A stretch of 64,000 bases of DNA from Mesorhizobium sp. (GTDB lineage: Bacteria > Pseudomonadota > Alphaproteobacteria > Rhizobiales > Rhizobiaceae), in assembly GCF_004020365.1 (NCBI RefSeq), contig NZ_SAQR01000009.1. The stretch is one strand, 5' to 3'. Under the pieces are notes generated by a model that did no database searches, was not told the DNA's origin, and saw only the letters and a program-made list of their open reading frames with translations. Below are positions 51,879 to 62,365 of the stretch, one piece after another. The translations under genes were made by a program, and so were the position numbers. Every line of letters begins with the position of its first letter. Within the stretch, counting starts at the first letter, position 1.

Positions 51879-52693
51879 GGCAGCAATTTGTCGAACCACT
51901 CCAGCGCGCCGTTGGCTTGTGTGACCTCCAGTTTCATGCTCTCCACCAGATAGGCAGCGTAGGTGACCGTGAGAACTGGAAAGACAATGTTCTTGATTGC
52001 CGGAGACAGTTGGCTCGCCTTAAATTGCGGGGCAAAGCGACGCAGCAGCATCATCGATATATCAATCAGTATCAGGAAGAACACGACAGGCCCCGATACC
52101 AATAATGCCGTGCGCATTATGCGGTCGAGAAGCCCCAACAACTCCATTGCTCCTGGCCCGCTCAGTGTCGGGTGAAACTGATACACCGGCCAGATCAAGT
52201 AGCTGCGGTACAGGACACTGATCAAAGTTTCCAGGCCTCCTGATCCGACGAATATGGCAATCGCAGTGATCCCCAGAAAAACGCCCATCGCGGAAGCCTG
52301 ACTGTTCGTCGCGGGATCGGCCGAAGCGGTCGGGCTGCTGATGCCGCGTTGGTTGTCGATAAGCTCCCCGGCAGCCTGAAGGCCCCAAAGCGGAATGCCA
52401 AGAAAAGTGCCAAGGAGTACACCGACAAAAACTTCCTTGAATCCGAGCAGGGTTAGCTGGATCAGGCGTGTATCAGAATCCAGCGCCGGCAATCCGCCGC
52501 TGACGTGTGCCAGGCATGGTAGTGCGAAGCCAACAGCCAAACAGCCCCGGATCAGCCCACTGATCTGCGAGCGTGTGAATACGGGAAAGATCAGCATGAT
52601 GCCCATCGCGCGGGCTGCCCCAAGACCTGCCGCAACGACGAGTTCGAGAGCCGTCTGGATCAGAATTTGAATATCGGCCGATGGCGCGTCCAT
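51875..52693 (-). CDS. rhcT: T3SS export protein SctT
   Basis: KEVFVG...[15 protein letters not shown] motif; ATGA overlap with rhcU. Confidence 0.93.
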
Positions 52694-52701
52694 GGGGCGG
52701 A

Positions 52702-52950
52702 CTAGTAGCTAAGTGTCATTGCGGGAAACTCGGTGAAGATCTGATCGGCTAGCTCTATGAGCGGGGCGCTTAGCACAGGAGCAAACAGCCCAATCACCGC
52801 GACAACGACCAGAAGCTTCACGGTGAGCGGCAAGCTTTCATCCTGGATCTGCGTCGCCGCCTGGAGGATGCCGATGACGAGGCCGACAACCACTGATGCA
52901 ATGAGCGGCGGTAGAATCCAGATCATGAAAACCACCAGTGATTGGCTCAT
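52702..52950 (-). CDS. rhcS: T3SS export protein SctS (start uncertain)
   Basis: [19 protein letters not shown] motif. Confidence 0.9.
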   Translation of the reverse strand: MSQSLVVFMIWILPPLIASVVVGLVIGILQAATQIQDESLPLTVKLLVVVAVIGLFAPVLSAPLIELADQIFTEFPAMTLSY

Positions 52951-52979
52951 AAGAGTAATGATGCTGGATTCAGTGATGA

Positions 52980-53645
52980 TCAGCCTCCCGGTAACGTATA
53001 ACTCAGCACAAGCCCATGCATCAATTTTGACCAACCATCAATGGCAACAAACAAAAAGATCTTGAACGGGACAGATATAACAGTTGGTGAGACCATCGAC
53101 ATACCCATTGCCATCAAGATAGTTGTCACTATCAGATCTATAACAATAAAAGGCAGATAAAGTAGAAATCCTATCTCAAATCCGCGCTTCAATTCTGATA
53201 GCAAGAAAGATGGTACAAGTATTGCAAAGTCATCAGGCGTGGCTGCAGCGTGCATTTCCTCTGGCCAGACCTTTTCTGTCGAAGATAGGAAAAATCGCCG
53301 CTGCTCTTCATTTGTGAATTTCTTGAGATGCTCGCGCAAGGGCTCACTTCCGGCTTTAGCGGCGCTTACCCAGTCGTCGAATGTCTGATAGTGGAGCTTG
53401 GGATCCGACATGCGGTCATAGGTCTGCTCAGCAACGGGCGCACTAACGAACATAGTGAGGATCATCGCCGCGGCGTACAGCACCACATTGGGTGGTATGG
53501 TCTGGGTCCCGAGCGCATTGCGGACGAGGAAAAGAACAATTGATACCTTTACAAAGGCCGTTGTCGTGGCAACTGCTAAAACCAGCAGACCGAGTCCGGC
53601 GGTAACCGCAAGAAGCGCCAGGATTGTCGGCTGAGCTTCACTCAT
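52980..53645 (-). CDS. rhcR: T3SS export protein SctR
   Basis: RNALGTQTIPPN, PSFLLSELKRGF and MGMSMVSPTVISVPFK motifs. Confidence 0.95.
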   Translation of the reverse strand: MSEAQPTILALLAVTAGLGLLVLAVATTTAFVKVSIVLFLVRNALGTQTIPPNVVLYAAAMILTMFVSAPVAEQTYDRMSDPKLHYQTFDDWVSAAKAGSEPLREHLKKFTNEEQRRFFLSSTEKVWPEEMHAAATPDDFAILVPSFLLSELKRGFEIGFLLYLPFIVIDLIVTTILMAMGMSMVSPTVISVPFKIFLFVAIDGWSKLMHGLVLSYTLPGG

Positions 53646-54666
53646 TGCATGCAAACCCGCCACGGAGCCTGATGCCCAGCTCTTCTCCGATGCGGACAAT
53701 GTCGCCACGCCCGATACGCTGACCATTGGCCACTATGTCGACCGGGCCGTCGATCGGCCATCCAAGTTCAAAAATATGCCCTTCGCCGGCACTTCTTAAT
53801 TCCCCAAGAGAAATAGGCCAGCGGCCGCATTCAAAGACAAGCACGATCTCGACATCGTCGAGATCCTTAGTAAGCTCCAGTTGCGATCCGGGTTGTGTCA
53901 TATGCGCATTCTCCAAAGGACACGGTCGCGGGCGGAAAGGCCCCCGCAAGATTAATTCATCGCCGTCAAGATCCGCCCCGGCGCACAACTGGCCGACAGC
54001 TAGGGTGATCTGGCCGCGGCCGAACGGCGCAATATCGGGCAACAATGCATCACCGACACATGCGCTTCGAAGAAGCGCCGCAGGAAGGCGAAGCGTGCCG
54101 ACCTCTCCTGCAACAATGAGCGGGAGCTCTGGAGGCAGCCCGCCCAGCTGCCGCGGCAACTGGGCAAGCAGTTCGCCTAGCGCGCGAAACGCAGGCGGTA
54201 CTAAGCCGTCAAGAGGCGTGAACAGGAATAGACGGCCCTTGCCCTTGACCGCGCCGAAAATGATGTCGAGTTCAAGATGAGGAGCCAGCATCGTGGCTTC
54301 GCATACGCGCACGAGTTGCACGTTCAGACGCGTCGTCTCCTCCAGTCGAGTGACAAGCGGCTCAAGAGCGAGTTCGAGAATAAGCGAAGCAGTTGGCTCG
54401 GAAGGGAAGGCCAAGCCGTTCTGCACTGTCGTGATGAACTCCTCTACGAGCGGGCGCGACAGCGACAAGATGACCGTTTCGGCTCCCACTCTCCAGACGC
54501 AGTCAAGCATCGGAATGGCAGCAGGTTCCTGCTGCCAGACAAGCCCTGCCGTTCGCACCGATAGCGGCACCTCGTTGATCCGGCTTTGAAACGGCGTGCG
54601 GGGCGCTGCTGTATCATTGAGCCACGAGACAACCGTGCGGGACAGTTTCAGAACTGGTTCGAACAT
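53638..54666 (-). CDS. rhcQ: T3SS C-ring protein SctQ (the true start may lie up to ~90 nt further upstream)
   Basis: C-terminal SpoA/FliN domain (VDIVANGQRIGRGDIVRIGEELGIRL). Confidence 0.88.
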   Translation of the reverse strand: MFEPVLKLSRTVVSWLNDTAAPRTPFQSRINEVPLSVRTAGLVWQQEPAAIPMLDCVWRVGAETVILSLSRPLVEEFITTVQNGLAFPSEPTASLILELALEPLVTRLEETTRLNVQLVRVCEATMLAPHLELDIIFGAVKGKGRLFLFTPLDGLVPPAFRALGELLAQLPRQLGGLPPELPLIVAGEVGTLRLPAALLRSACVGDALLPDIAPFGRGQITLAVGQLCAGADLDGDELILRGPFRPRPCPLENAHMTQPGSQLELTKDLDDVEIVLVFECGRWPISLGELRSAGEGHIFELGWPIDGPVDIVANGQRIGRGDIVRIGEELGIRLRGGFACNE

Positions 54667-54755
54667 GGCGGGTGTGACCGCAGCGGCTATCAAAGACTGC
54701 ACGGTCGTGTCATTCGGACGACCTCTTGCGACTGTCGGATCCGGTTGCGCGGCAT

Positions 54756-55268
54756 TTAGGCAAGCGACCCCCTCGCATATTTCAGCAGTATCTCGTCGTC
54801 GGCCTCGATCTCGGCTGCGGCCTCCGAATGAGTCTCGACGGCGCGCCGCACATCGTCCTCGATTTGTTGCCATTTGTCCCTTGCCGCCGAACATATGACC
54901 CATAGCTCCCTCGTCCTGGACGCCGCCATCTCAGCCTCCTCTTGAGCGATTTGGGCATCATCAAGCATCTGCCGTCTGGAAGTGACCTCAGCGGCAAGCT
55001 GTTCAGTATGAAGGCGGTGACGGTCGAGCGCTGCGCTAGACAAGTTGTCGAGTGACATCAGATGCTGATAGAGCGCTGCTTCTGTTCTTGAACAATGTTG
55101 CTGTATCATTGCAAGCTCCCTAGCGGCATTTTGTACGGCTGAGGCGGCCACATCGCGCTGGGCTTCCTTCTTGGACAGCTCGCCAAGGGCACGACGCTCT
55201 TGCATTTCCTTCAGAAGCCGTAACCTCGAAGACTGAACCCAGTTCACGCGGTCAGACGCGACATCCAT
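54756..55268 (-). CDS. T3SS coiled-coil stalk protein (SctO-like, y4yJ-like)
   Basis: Coiled-coil composition and position directly after the ATPase. Confidence 0.7.
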   Translation of the reverse strand: MDVASDRVNWVQSSRLRLLKEMQERRALGELSKKEAQRDVAASAVQNAARELAMIQQHCSRTEAALYQHLMSLDNLSSAALDRHRLHTEQLAAEVTSRRQMLDDAQIAQEEAEMAASRTRELWVICSAARDKWQQIEDDVRRAVETHSEAAAEIEADDEILLKYARGSLA

Positions 55269-56602
55269 GCGACCGTCTCCTCGAAATCTGACGCGTCATC
55301 TTCGCTCTGGCGCAGAAACTCCCTCAGTTCGTCGATTGACGCGACGGCCCGGTCAGTCAGGGGATCTCCACCTGGCTTGTATTCGCCAACATTGATCAAG
55401 AACTCGGTCTCGGCATAGCGCGATAGGAGCTCGCGGAAAATGGATGCTGCCTTGCGATGTGTCCCCGAAACGACTGCATCCATGACGCGGCTGCGACTCT
55501 GCAGCACATCAATAGCGGGGAAATGCGATCGCGCCGCAATAGCGCGTGAGAGGATGACATGGCCATCGAGAATACCACGCGATTCCTCGGCGATTGGATC
55601 ACCCGTGCCATCACCCTCTACAAGCACCGTATAGAAGGCCGTGATTGAGCCCCGCTCACCCATGCCGGCGCGCTCGAGCAGGCCTGGCAGCATGCCAAAA
55701 ACGGAAGGAGGAAAGCCCCGTCGCGTCGGCGGCTCACCCGCAGCAAGGCCTATTTCGCGCATAGCGCGGCAGAAGCGCGTCAGCGAATCCAGCATGAGAG
55801 CAACGCGTAGGCCCTGATCGCGAAAATATTCCGCGAGCGCAGTCGCCATTGGAGCGCATTGCGCACGCTCTACCGCCGAGCGGTCGGATGTTTCAACCAC
55901 GACGACCGTACGGAGAAGGCCCTCTTCACCAAGATTCCTTTCGATGAATTCACGAACTTCCCGTCCACGTTCGCCTATGAGCGCCACTATGACGACGTCA
56001 GCGGCGGCACCCTTTACGATCTGTGACAACAGCGTCGACTTGCCACCACCTGGCTCGCCATAAATCCCGATCCGCTGGCCCTCGCCGCACGTCAGCAGAC
56101 CATCGAGGACACGGACCCCAAGCGGGAATGGCCGCTCAATCATGCGCCTCGTCATCGGATTGGGGGCTCTGCCATGCAGGGGCCGAGTTTCGACGGTCTT
56201 GATTTCGCCTTTGCCGTCCAATGGGCGGCAACGACTGTCGATCACGCGACCGAGCAAATCGCCGCCGACGGGCACCTCACGCATTCGGCCAGTGGCCACG
56301 ACCTCTGCGCGGCTGGATAGGCCCACCAAGTCCCCGATCGGTGTCAGCAATACACCATCACCCGACAGGCCGATCACCTCGGCCTCGAGCGACAGCCCGG
56401 TTCGCGGGTCCTCTAGGAGGCAAAGTTCCCCAATACGAGTGTCTGGCAAGACGGCATGAACCAGTGTGCCGATAGCCCGCGTGATCCGACCGCGCACCGC
56501 ACGCGTGTCAATTCGCTTGGCCGCAGCCCTCAAAGACGAGATTGCTGGAACGAGAGCTCGAGTGTCGGCGTCAGCGTTATGTTCTGGGACGGGCTTTCTC
56601 AT
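55244..56602 (-). CDS. rhcN: T3SS ATPase SctN
   Basis: Walker A GEPGGGKS, IGERGREV, DSLTRF and GEPPTRRGFPPS. Confidence 0.97.
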   Translation of the reverse strand: MRKPVPEHNADADTRALVPAISSLRAAAKRIDTRAVRGRITRAIGTLVHAVLPDTRIGELCLLEDPRTGLSLEAEVIGLSGDGVLLTPIGDLVGLSSRAEVVATGRMREVPVGGDLLGRVIDSRCRPLDGKGEIKTVETRPLHGRAPNPMTRRMIERPFPLGVRVLDGLLTCGEGQRIGIYGEPGGGKSTLLSQIVKGAAADVVIVALIGERGREVREFIERNLGEEGLLRTVVVVETSDRSAVERAQCAPMATALAEYFRDQGLRVALMLDSLTRFCRAMREIGLAAGEPPTRRGFPPSVFGMLPGLLERAGMGERGSITAFYTVLVEGDGTGDPIAEESRGILDGHVILSRAIAARSHFPAIDVLQSRSRVMDAVVSGTHRKAASIFRELLSRYAETEFLINVGEYKPGGDPLTDRAVASIDELREFLRQSEDDASDFEETVAWMSRLTA

Positions 56603-57222
56603 AGCTCGCCTTTTTCACATAGCGTCCCGAAACCAAGGCGCAGCGCGCGCATCTGGGCGTCAAGTCCCAGGTCGACATTGCCGTACTCGCTCCACAGCAC
56701 GCACCGTTGCGGCGACAACGTCGGGTCGGGCTCGATCCGCACCCTTGGTCGACCATCCTGGCCGTCGCATCGAGCAAACTCTCGTGCAAGCATGTCGACT
56801 TGCATGGGAGAAACATGAAGGCAAACTTCGGTGCCGCTGTATTGACACTCTATGGCGTGACGAACAGCCCTCACCAGTAGCTCGCCCGGATCGAAAGCGC
56901 CGATAAGATCGCTCAATATTTCCATCACGAGCTGCGGCAATTCCTGCTCCAGAGCCGCCTTTCGTCGCGCGATTTCGGAGATTGTCTCCGCAATCAGCCC
57001 TGCCATCTCCTCGGTGCCTGCATTCGAGCCCTCCATGTGGCCGCGCACCCACGCCCGCTGGTAAACGGCGCGTGCCCAGTTTCGAACGCGCTGCCGATGC
57101 CGTTCTGCCGCGGCAAGCGCTTGCGCGGCGCTGTGCCAGGTTTCGAGCTCGCTCGCGGGTATCAGTGGTCCGATTGGACGCATCTGCGGCGCTATTGGCC
57201 CCTCGGAAAGTTCGGCTGTCAT
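56599..57222 (-). CDS. nolV: T3SS stator NolV (SctL-like)
   Basis: FliH-like G...G helix and terminal SEYGNVDLGLDAQ; position before rhcN. Confidence 0.85.
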   Translation of the reverse strand: MTAELSEGPIAPQMRPIGPLIPASELETWHSAAQALAAAERHRQRVRNWARAVYQRAWVRGHMEGSNAGTEEMAGLIAETISEIARRKAALEQELPQLVMEILSDLIGAFDPGELLVRAVRHAIECQYSGTEVCLHVSPMQVDMLAREFARCDGQDGRPRVRIEPDPTLSPQRCVLWSEYGNVDLGLDAQMRALRLGFGTLCEKGEL

Positions 57223-57845
57223 TTCACCGGGGTCTCTGTCTCAAAATGAGCTAGTACAAGTGAAAGCAATTGGCCGGCGGCGGTCCAATGCTCAGGTGCT
57301 GGAGTCTCCGCGGCAGTCCCCTCGGGCAACCGAAGAAGCACGCGGTTACGCTCGGTCGCTGAACTGTCCTGGAGCCAAGCCCCAAGACATGCATGTCCAT
57401 CGTATTCGATTTGCTGAGCGAGTTTTTCTGGGTCCGCGATCAGTCTGTTCTCAACGGCATGCAGCAGGTGTCGGATTCCGAATGCGTGTGCATCCACGCC
57501 GATGCGTTTAACAAGGATGGCAAGCTCAGGCTGAGAGACAAACGCGACCAGCGAACGGGCATGCCAGATACTACCAGCAAGAAGGGCAGCTCGATATGGA
57601 TCGTGCCCGCGTAGAAGGTCCGGCCTGCAGCCGATGTGGTTCAGATCCACGTCATAGTTGCCCAGCAATTCTGCCAGCCTTGGATGCAGTCTGGAACACT
57701 TCTGCAACTTCACTAACGTTTCTGCCGATAACGCTGGATCAAGACGCGCCGCTAGACGGGTCGGATGGGCCGAAGCCGCAAGCTCGCTCGCGCCCGGAAA
57801 ACGCAATTGGTGCGGACCATCAGGTCGGGCGGTCTGTATAGGCAT
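57219..57845 (-). CDS. nolU: Nodulation protein NolU
   Basis: Position between nolT and nolV, ATGA overlap with nolV, and HPTRLAARLDP segment. Confidence 0.75.
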   Translation of the reverse strand: MPIQTARPDGPHQLRFPGASELAASAHPTRLAARLDPALSAETLVKLQKCSRLHPRLAELLGNYDVDLNHIGCRPDLLRGHDPYRAALLAGSIWHARSLVAFVSQPELAILVKRIGVDAHAFGIRHLLHAVENRLIADPEKLAQQIEYDGHACLGAWLQDSSATERNRVLLRLPEGTAAETPAPEHWTAAGQLLSLVLAHFETETPVK

Positions 57846-57858
57846 TGGCAATGAGATG

Positions 57859-58722
57859 TCACCCACGTCCAATTGCAGGCATTCTTTTGCGAATGGCCTC
57901 GACAGCAGAAGCATCCCGGCGCCCCTCGACCTTGGAAACGCCGGTTGATTGCTTGCGCCGACGCGTAGCAACGCTGACCAAGAGATAACAGGCCACTGCG
58001 AATACGGCTGCGGCAAAACCTGTCACGGTCGCCAGAATTGGCGCAGGAAGAGGTGTTGATGCTTGTGGCAAAACAGCAGTCGGATCGGGCCGTTGCTCGT
58101 GTGCGGACCGTTCTACCGGCACCAAAACCACTTCCACCTTATCGTAGGACAAGCCTTCGATGCTGTCGGCTACCAGCATCTTTATCTTTGGCAGCAGAGC
58201 CGCGACATTTGTTTTGGCGTCGTGCCTGATAAACACCGCGGCCGAGGATGGCGTGGCGCCGGCTCGCACAAGGTCGTTATGCGGCAGCACGACGTGAACA
58301 CGTACAGAAAAAACGCCATCGATATCGCTGATCGTCCGCGACAACTCTTCGCTCAGGGCATACACGTAACGGGCACGCTCCTCGGTCGGCGAGGCAATCA
58401 GGCCTGATCCTTGGAATATCTCACCGAGGTTCTTGAAGGATTGGCGCGGCAACCCCTTGGCGTTCAGAAGGTTGATTGAGAAGGCGAGCAGCTTTTCGTC
58501 AACCTGGATCGTGCTGGTCCCATCCTTGGCGACCACCCGGATCGCGGCGACCCCGTTGTCTTCAAGAAGTGCGAGCATTTCATTTGCCTCACGCTCTTGC
58601 AATTGCGTGTAGAGGTCGGTTTTGCAAGCACTGAGGGCGACGAGAACTGGCAGCATGACAAGTCTAACCGACCGCCACCCTGACAGGCCACGCATGATTT
58701 CGCCCTCGGCCAAGCCAATCAT
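57859..58722 (-). CDS. nolT: T3SS lipoprotein ring NolT (RhcJ/SctJ)
   Basis: Lipobox LSAC followed by LYTQLQEREANEM; IDGVFSVRVHVVLP and SIEGLSYDKV. Confidence 0.95.
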   Translation of the reverse strand: MIGLAEGEIMRGLSGWRSVRLVMLPVLVALSACKTDLYTQLQEREANEMLALLEDNGVAAIRVVAKDGTSTIQVDEKLLAFSINLLNAKGLPRQSFKNLGEIFQGSGLIASPTEERARYVYALSEELSRTISDIDGVFSVRVHVVLPHNDLVRAGATPSSAAVFIRHDAKTNVAALLPKIKMLVADSIEGLSYDKVEVVLVPVERSAHEQRPDPTAVLPQASTPLPAPILATVTGFAAAVFAVACYLLVSVATRRRKQSTGVSKVEGRRDASAVEAIRKRMPAIGRG

Positions 58723-58731
58723 GCGCGCGGT

Positions 58732-59241
58732 TCAGCCTTCCTTCAAAAGTTTATTCACGGATGATGTGACGCCGCTGACGCCTTTGGAGATAAGCGCCAC
58801 CTGGGTGACGCCGTTGTAAACATCCCGAAGACCAGCCATCATCGTTTCGAAGTCTTGCCCTTGTTGAGGAATGCCCGAGATTCCGGTTCCCGCCTCACCT
58901 GCGACGGGAAGCTTCTGCGCCGGTCCCGGTAGAGCGCCCTTCGAAAGGGCTATGTCATGGTCGAGCGCGGGGAAGGAAACAGTGTTGTGTGGATATAGGG
59001 AGGAAATCGTCTGCAACACGCGATCGCCCATGCCGCTCGTCGGCGCAGCCGCGCGCTGAACATCCATCGCCGCAGCAACTGGCGCCGCACTCGCTGGCTC
59101 CGCGGCGGCATTGTTTTTCAGCGAGTCGGCTGCATGCCCTAAGGCGCGCTCAAACTGGGCCTGCTCGACAATCGACGGTGATCCGACCCTGGGGAGGCCA
59201 GCCGTTAGAGTGGCAGAGATCGACGTGACAGGCATCATCAT
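58732..59241 (-). CDS. nolB: NolB/NopB secreted T3SS component
   Basis: AQFERAL N-terminal segment, C-terminal LRDVYNGVTQVALISKGVSG...VNKLLKEG, and first position in the tts-box operon. Confidence 0.85.
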   Translation of the reverse strand: MMMPVTSISATLTAGLPRVGSPSIVEQAQFERALGHAADSLKNNAAAEPASAAPVAAAMDVQRAAAPTSGMGDRVLQTISSLYPHNTVSFPALDHDIALSKGALPGPAQKLPVAGEAGTGISGIPQQGQDFETMMAGLRDVYNGVTQVALISKGVSGVTSSVNKLLKEG

Positions 59242-59313
59242 GTAAGGACTCGGTTGCTCTCTCTGACCGGGCGGGCCCCGCCCATTCATCACCCGGTGTC
59301 GGCGCAACACTCC

Positions 59314-59341
59314 TAGGGGGGCAAGCTGACAACAAGCTGAC
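59314..59341 (-). promoter_or_regulatory. tts box of the nolB-rhcU operon
   Basis: GTCAG-CTTGT-TG-TC-AG-N10-TA (one mismatch). Confidence 0.88.
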
Positions 59342-59427
59342 TAACGGCGGCGTCATTTCGACATCTAAAATCTCTTCGGCAATTTAGTCACTTGTGATGA
59401 TTTCAGCGTTTGGTTTATCAGTGCGAC

Positions 59428-60126
59428 ATGCCGAGAACGCTTATCCAACCCGTCACCCTGCATGTTTTGAGACTTCTCTGTGCCGGGTTTTTTCTGTCCA
59501 CCGGGATTCACCCGGCGCACGCAGTCCCGCTGTCCCTTCCGGCGACACCCTATAGATACACGGTTCTGGATCAGGAACTCGCTGCAGCGTTGCAGGAATT
59601 CGGCAACAACCTGAATATCAGGGTCAACATCAGTCCTGCGGTGAAGGGGCGAATTCGCGGACGTATGCCTGATTTGCCACCGCGCGCGTTCCTCGACCGC
59701 TTGACGAACCTTTACGGTCTCCAATGGTACTATGACGGCCTTGTGCTCTATGTGTCTGCTGCACAAGAATCGCAAACTCGAATGCTTTTGATGACGTCGA
59801 TTCGCTTCGATGCGTTCAAGGGGGCTCTCGACAAGCTTGATATCTCCGACGAGCGCTATGTGGTCAAACCCGTGCCAGGCAATGGCCTCGTCTTCGTTTC
59901 CGGTCCACCGCGCTTCGTCGCACTCGTGGAGCAGACCTTTAACGGCTTGGTGGCGGAGGCGCAGGCGCAGACTCACATAGCGGCCACGCCAAAGGAATCA
60001 GTGCTGATCTTGTTTCGCGGCTCCTCCACTACGGTCGTTCGCGACGGACGACCGGATGCTTCTTATTCTTCTGACATCCCACAACAGGATAGCGTTGGCG
60101 GGAAGCCTGAGCTGGGCAAGAAATGA
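59428..60126 (+). CDS. nolW: NolW (RhcC1, secretin N-terminal part)
   Basis: YTVLDQ...QEFGNNL and FLDRLTNLYGLQWYYDG. Confidence 0.92.
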   Translation: MPRTLIQPVTLHVLRLLCAGFFLSTGIHPAHAVPLSLPATPYRYTVLDQELAAALQEFGNNLNIRVNISPAVKGRIRGRMPDLPPRAFLDRLTNLYGLQWYYDGLVLYVSAAQESQTRMLLMTSIRFDAFKGALDKLDISDERYVVKPVPGNGLVFVSGPPRFVALVEQTFNGLVAEAQAQTHIAATPKESVLILFRGSSTTVVRDGRPDASYSSDIPQQDSVGGKPELGKK

Positions 60127-60194
60127 ACATTGAGGATTTGCCGCAGCTCTGAAGAACATGACTGCGGCTACCCCTTTGTGAACTCTTCGCAAAC

Positions 60195-60224
60195 TCGTCA
60201 GTTTCTCGAAAGCTAATCCGCTCA
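60195..60224 (+). promoter_or_regulatory. tts box of nopX
   Basis: TCGTCAG-TTTCT-CG-AA-AG-N10-CA (one mismatch). Confidence 0.88.
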
Positions 60225-60427
60225 TGATGAGTCCCGGCAGCTCTCGCGGTGACTCCGGCCATTGTGTTGGACCGAACCTTGGAGCCGGCCCGGAACACAG
60301 CAATTGAAGGCAGGGCAGGCGCATTCGTGACCTGCCGACGCTTGGAATTGTCGAATTTTGTGAAACGCAAGGGATCTTCTGTCGGGGTCTCTTGTGGGGA
60401 TTTCAACGTCACGTCTGAGGATGCACA

Positions 60428-62365
60428 ATGTCGGCCAGCAATCTTTCAACTTTCTACCGCTCAAATTCGCTACAGTCCGCAAGGGGTTGGCCGGGCCTGA
60501 AAGTTTCCCATTTTGCGACCCAGCATCAGCAAAGTGCATCGTGCTTCGAAGCGATGCTGTCCACTTGTGTGCTGGCAAACAAGCCCGGCTCTTTCGCGCA
60601 AGGGGATCTGCCAACGTCGAATCTTGATTCGACAATGGATAAATTGCGGCAGGACCCTTTGGGCCATCTGGCACCGGATGTCGAATCGACATTGAAGGGC
60701 TTGGAGCAACACCCACTGGATCTGCTGCCGCCACATATGAGGGCGGCTCTCAAGGAGGACCAATCGCAACGCTCCAAGGCGACTGAAGCCCAACATCTGC
60801 TCCGCGTCACCCCGAAGATCGAGCCGGCTCCCAGGCCGAGCCCCGGAATCACGTGGAACGGTGGGTCGCTGACCACGGCTGAGTTGCAGATTGTTGCGGT
60901 ACTCAACCGTCACAAGGACCAATGCCCGCTTAGTTGGAAGTCGTTGACCGAGAAAGCCAATGATCCCTCTACGCCACCGGATCTGAAAGCGGCGATCAAG
61001 GGACTGCAGCAGGATTCGGGACTTTTTTATGCGATTGGCTCGCAGGGCGACGGCCGCTGTGGAGGCAAGATCAACGCCAAGGACTTGGCCGGATTTTCAA
61101 ACCACCACCCACAAGTTGCTGCATTTCAGGAAGCCCAAGCGCAAAGCTACGAGCAGAACTACATACCATCCGACGGCAGCGGAGGTTTGCAGCCTTCGGT
61201 CATGACCTTGAGCGATGCCTTGCGGGAGTTTTACCGGTACTCCGAAAATCTGTCCAAGGACCTGAGTCTGGATGAGTTCAAGAAAATGGTCGGCGGCGAA
61301 TCGAAAAACGGCAAATTTCCGCCCCAGGTCATTGCGGCGGCGCAATATTTCCTCGATCACCCCGATGCTTGGAACCAGTTGTGCGGTGGCTCGAAAGGGA
61401 AGATGCACAAAGAGGACTTCCTGCAAGTCGCCTCATCGTCGATGAGCCTCACGCAAACTGAGCTGAATACGGTCGAGATGATCAAGGACCATCAGGACAC
61501 GTTCTTTGGAAGCGGTGTTCTGACTCGCGACAAACTGGCGAAAATGAAAGACGACAAGAGCCTTGATCCGAAAGTGCGGGAAGCAGCCTCTCAGCTCCTT
61601 TCAGATCCTCTTTTGTTTGGCCTCCTGAACAATTCGATCACGGGCTATAAGACCCATCATAAATTCTTCGACTTTGGCGGCGGGCATACGGTTGATTCCG
61701 GCAATATCAGCAAAAAAGACTTTGCCCATTTTTGCACAAACATGTCGTCTGCGAACCGCAACGTTCAGCAGCCAATCACCCACGGCGCCCAAACCGCAGA
61801 AGAGCAGAATGCCGTCGCGGACATGAAGATGGGCCTGATGGACCAGCCTGACATTAAGTCAGCCAAAAAGAACGGCGGGGCCGTCATGCACGTCGTCGAC
61901 TCCGTGCTCAAAATCGAGACGAAAGTGCTCGACTTGGCGGCAACGGCGGTGGGACTGCTCAGCTTCATTCCGGGCCTCGGACAAGTAGCCGATCTTGCCT
62001 CGATGGTTCTCGAGGCTGAGTCGCAAGCAGCCAATCTCCTGCGTACGGCCATTAACGGAGGCGATATGAAGCGAGCGCTGGAGGAAGCTGGCCTCAATAT
62101 GGCCGCGCAGGCGATCGGCCTTATCGCAGGCCCCGAGGTCAAGCTGGCCATTCGAAATGGGCTCGTAAAGCACCTGATGGAAGAGGCCTTGGCGGCAGGC
62201 ATTGATCTTTCGGTCTCGACGGCGCAGGACTACGCAGAAGGCTATGTGAATAACCTCAAAGCGCGCCTTGCAGGCGGCCCTGAGCAAAACCTAGGCCTTC
62301 CGAGCATGCCATCATTCCAGAGTGTGGCAAGCAATGTGCCCTTCGTCGGCATTGCCTTATCCTAG
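60428..62365 (+). CDS. nopX: T3SS translocon protein NopX (NolX)
   Basis: ITWNGGSLT..ELQIVAVLNRHKD, FYAIGSQGDGRCGGKI and PPQVIAAAQYF match NopX/HrpF. Confidence 0.95.
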   Translation: MSASNLSTFYRSNSLQSARGWPGLKVSHFATQHQQSASCFEAMLSTCVLANKPGSFAQGDLPTSNLDSTMDKLRQDPLGHLAPDVESTLKGLEQHPLDLLPPHMRAALKEDQSQRSKATEAQHLLRVTPKIEPAPRPSPGITWNGGSLTTAELQIVAVLNRHKDQCPLSWKSLTEKANDPSTPPDLKAAIKGLQQDSGLFYAIGSQGDGRCGGKINAKDLAGFSNHHPQVAAFQEAQAQSYEQNYIPSDGSGGLQPSVMTLSDALREFYRYSENLSKDLSLDEFKKMVGGESKNGKFPPQVIAAAQYFLDHPDAWNQLCGGSKGKMHKEDFLQVASSSMSLTQTELNTVEMIKDHQDTFFGSGVLTRDKLAKMKDDKSLDPKVREAASQLLSDPLLFGLLNNSITGYKTHHKFFDFGGGHTVDSGNISKKDFAHFCTNMSSANRNVQQPITHGAQTAEEQNAVADMKMGLMDQPDIKSAKKNGGAVMHVVDSVLKIETKVLDLAATAVGLLSFIPGLGQVADLASMVLEAESQAANLLRTAINGGDMKRALEEAGLNMAAQAIGLIAGPEVKLAIRNGLVKHLMEEALAAGIDLSVSTAQDYAEGYVNNLKARLAGGPEQNLGLPSMPSFQSVASNVPFVGIALS

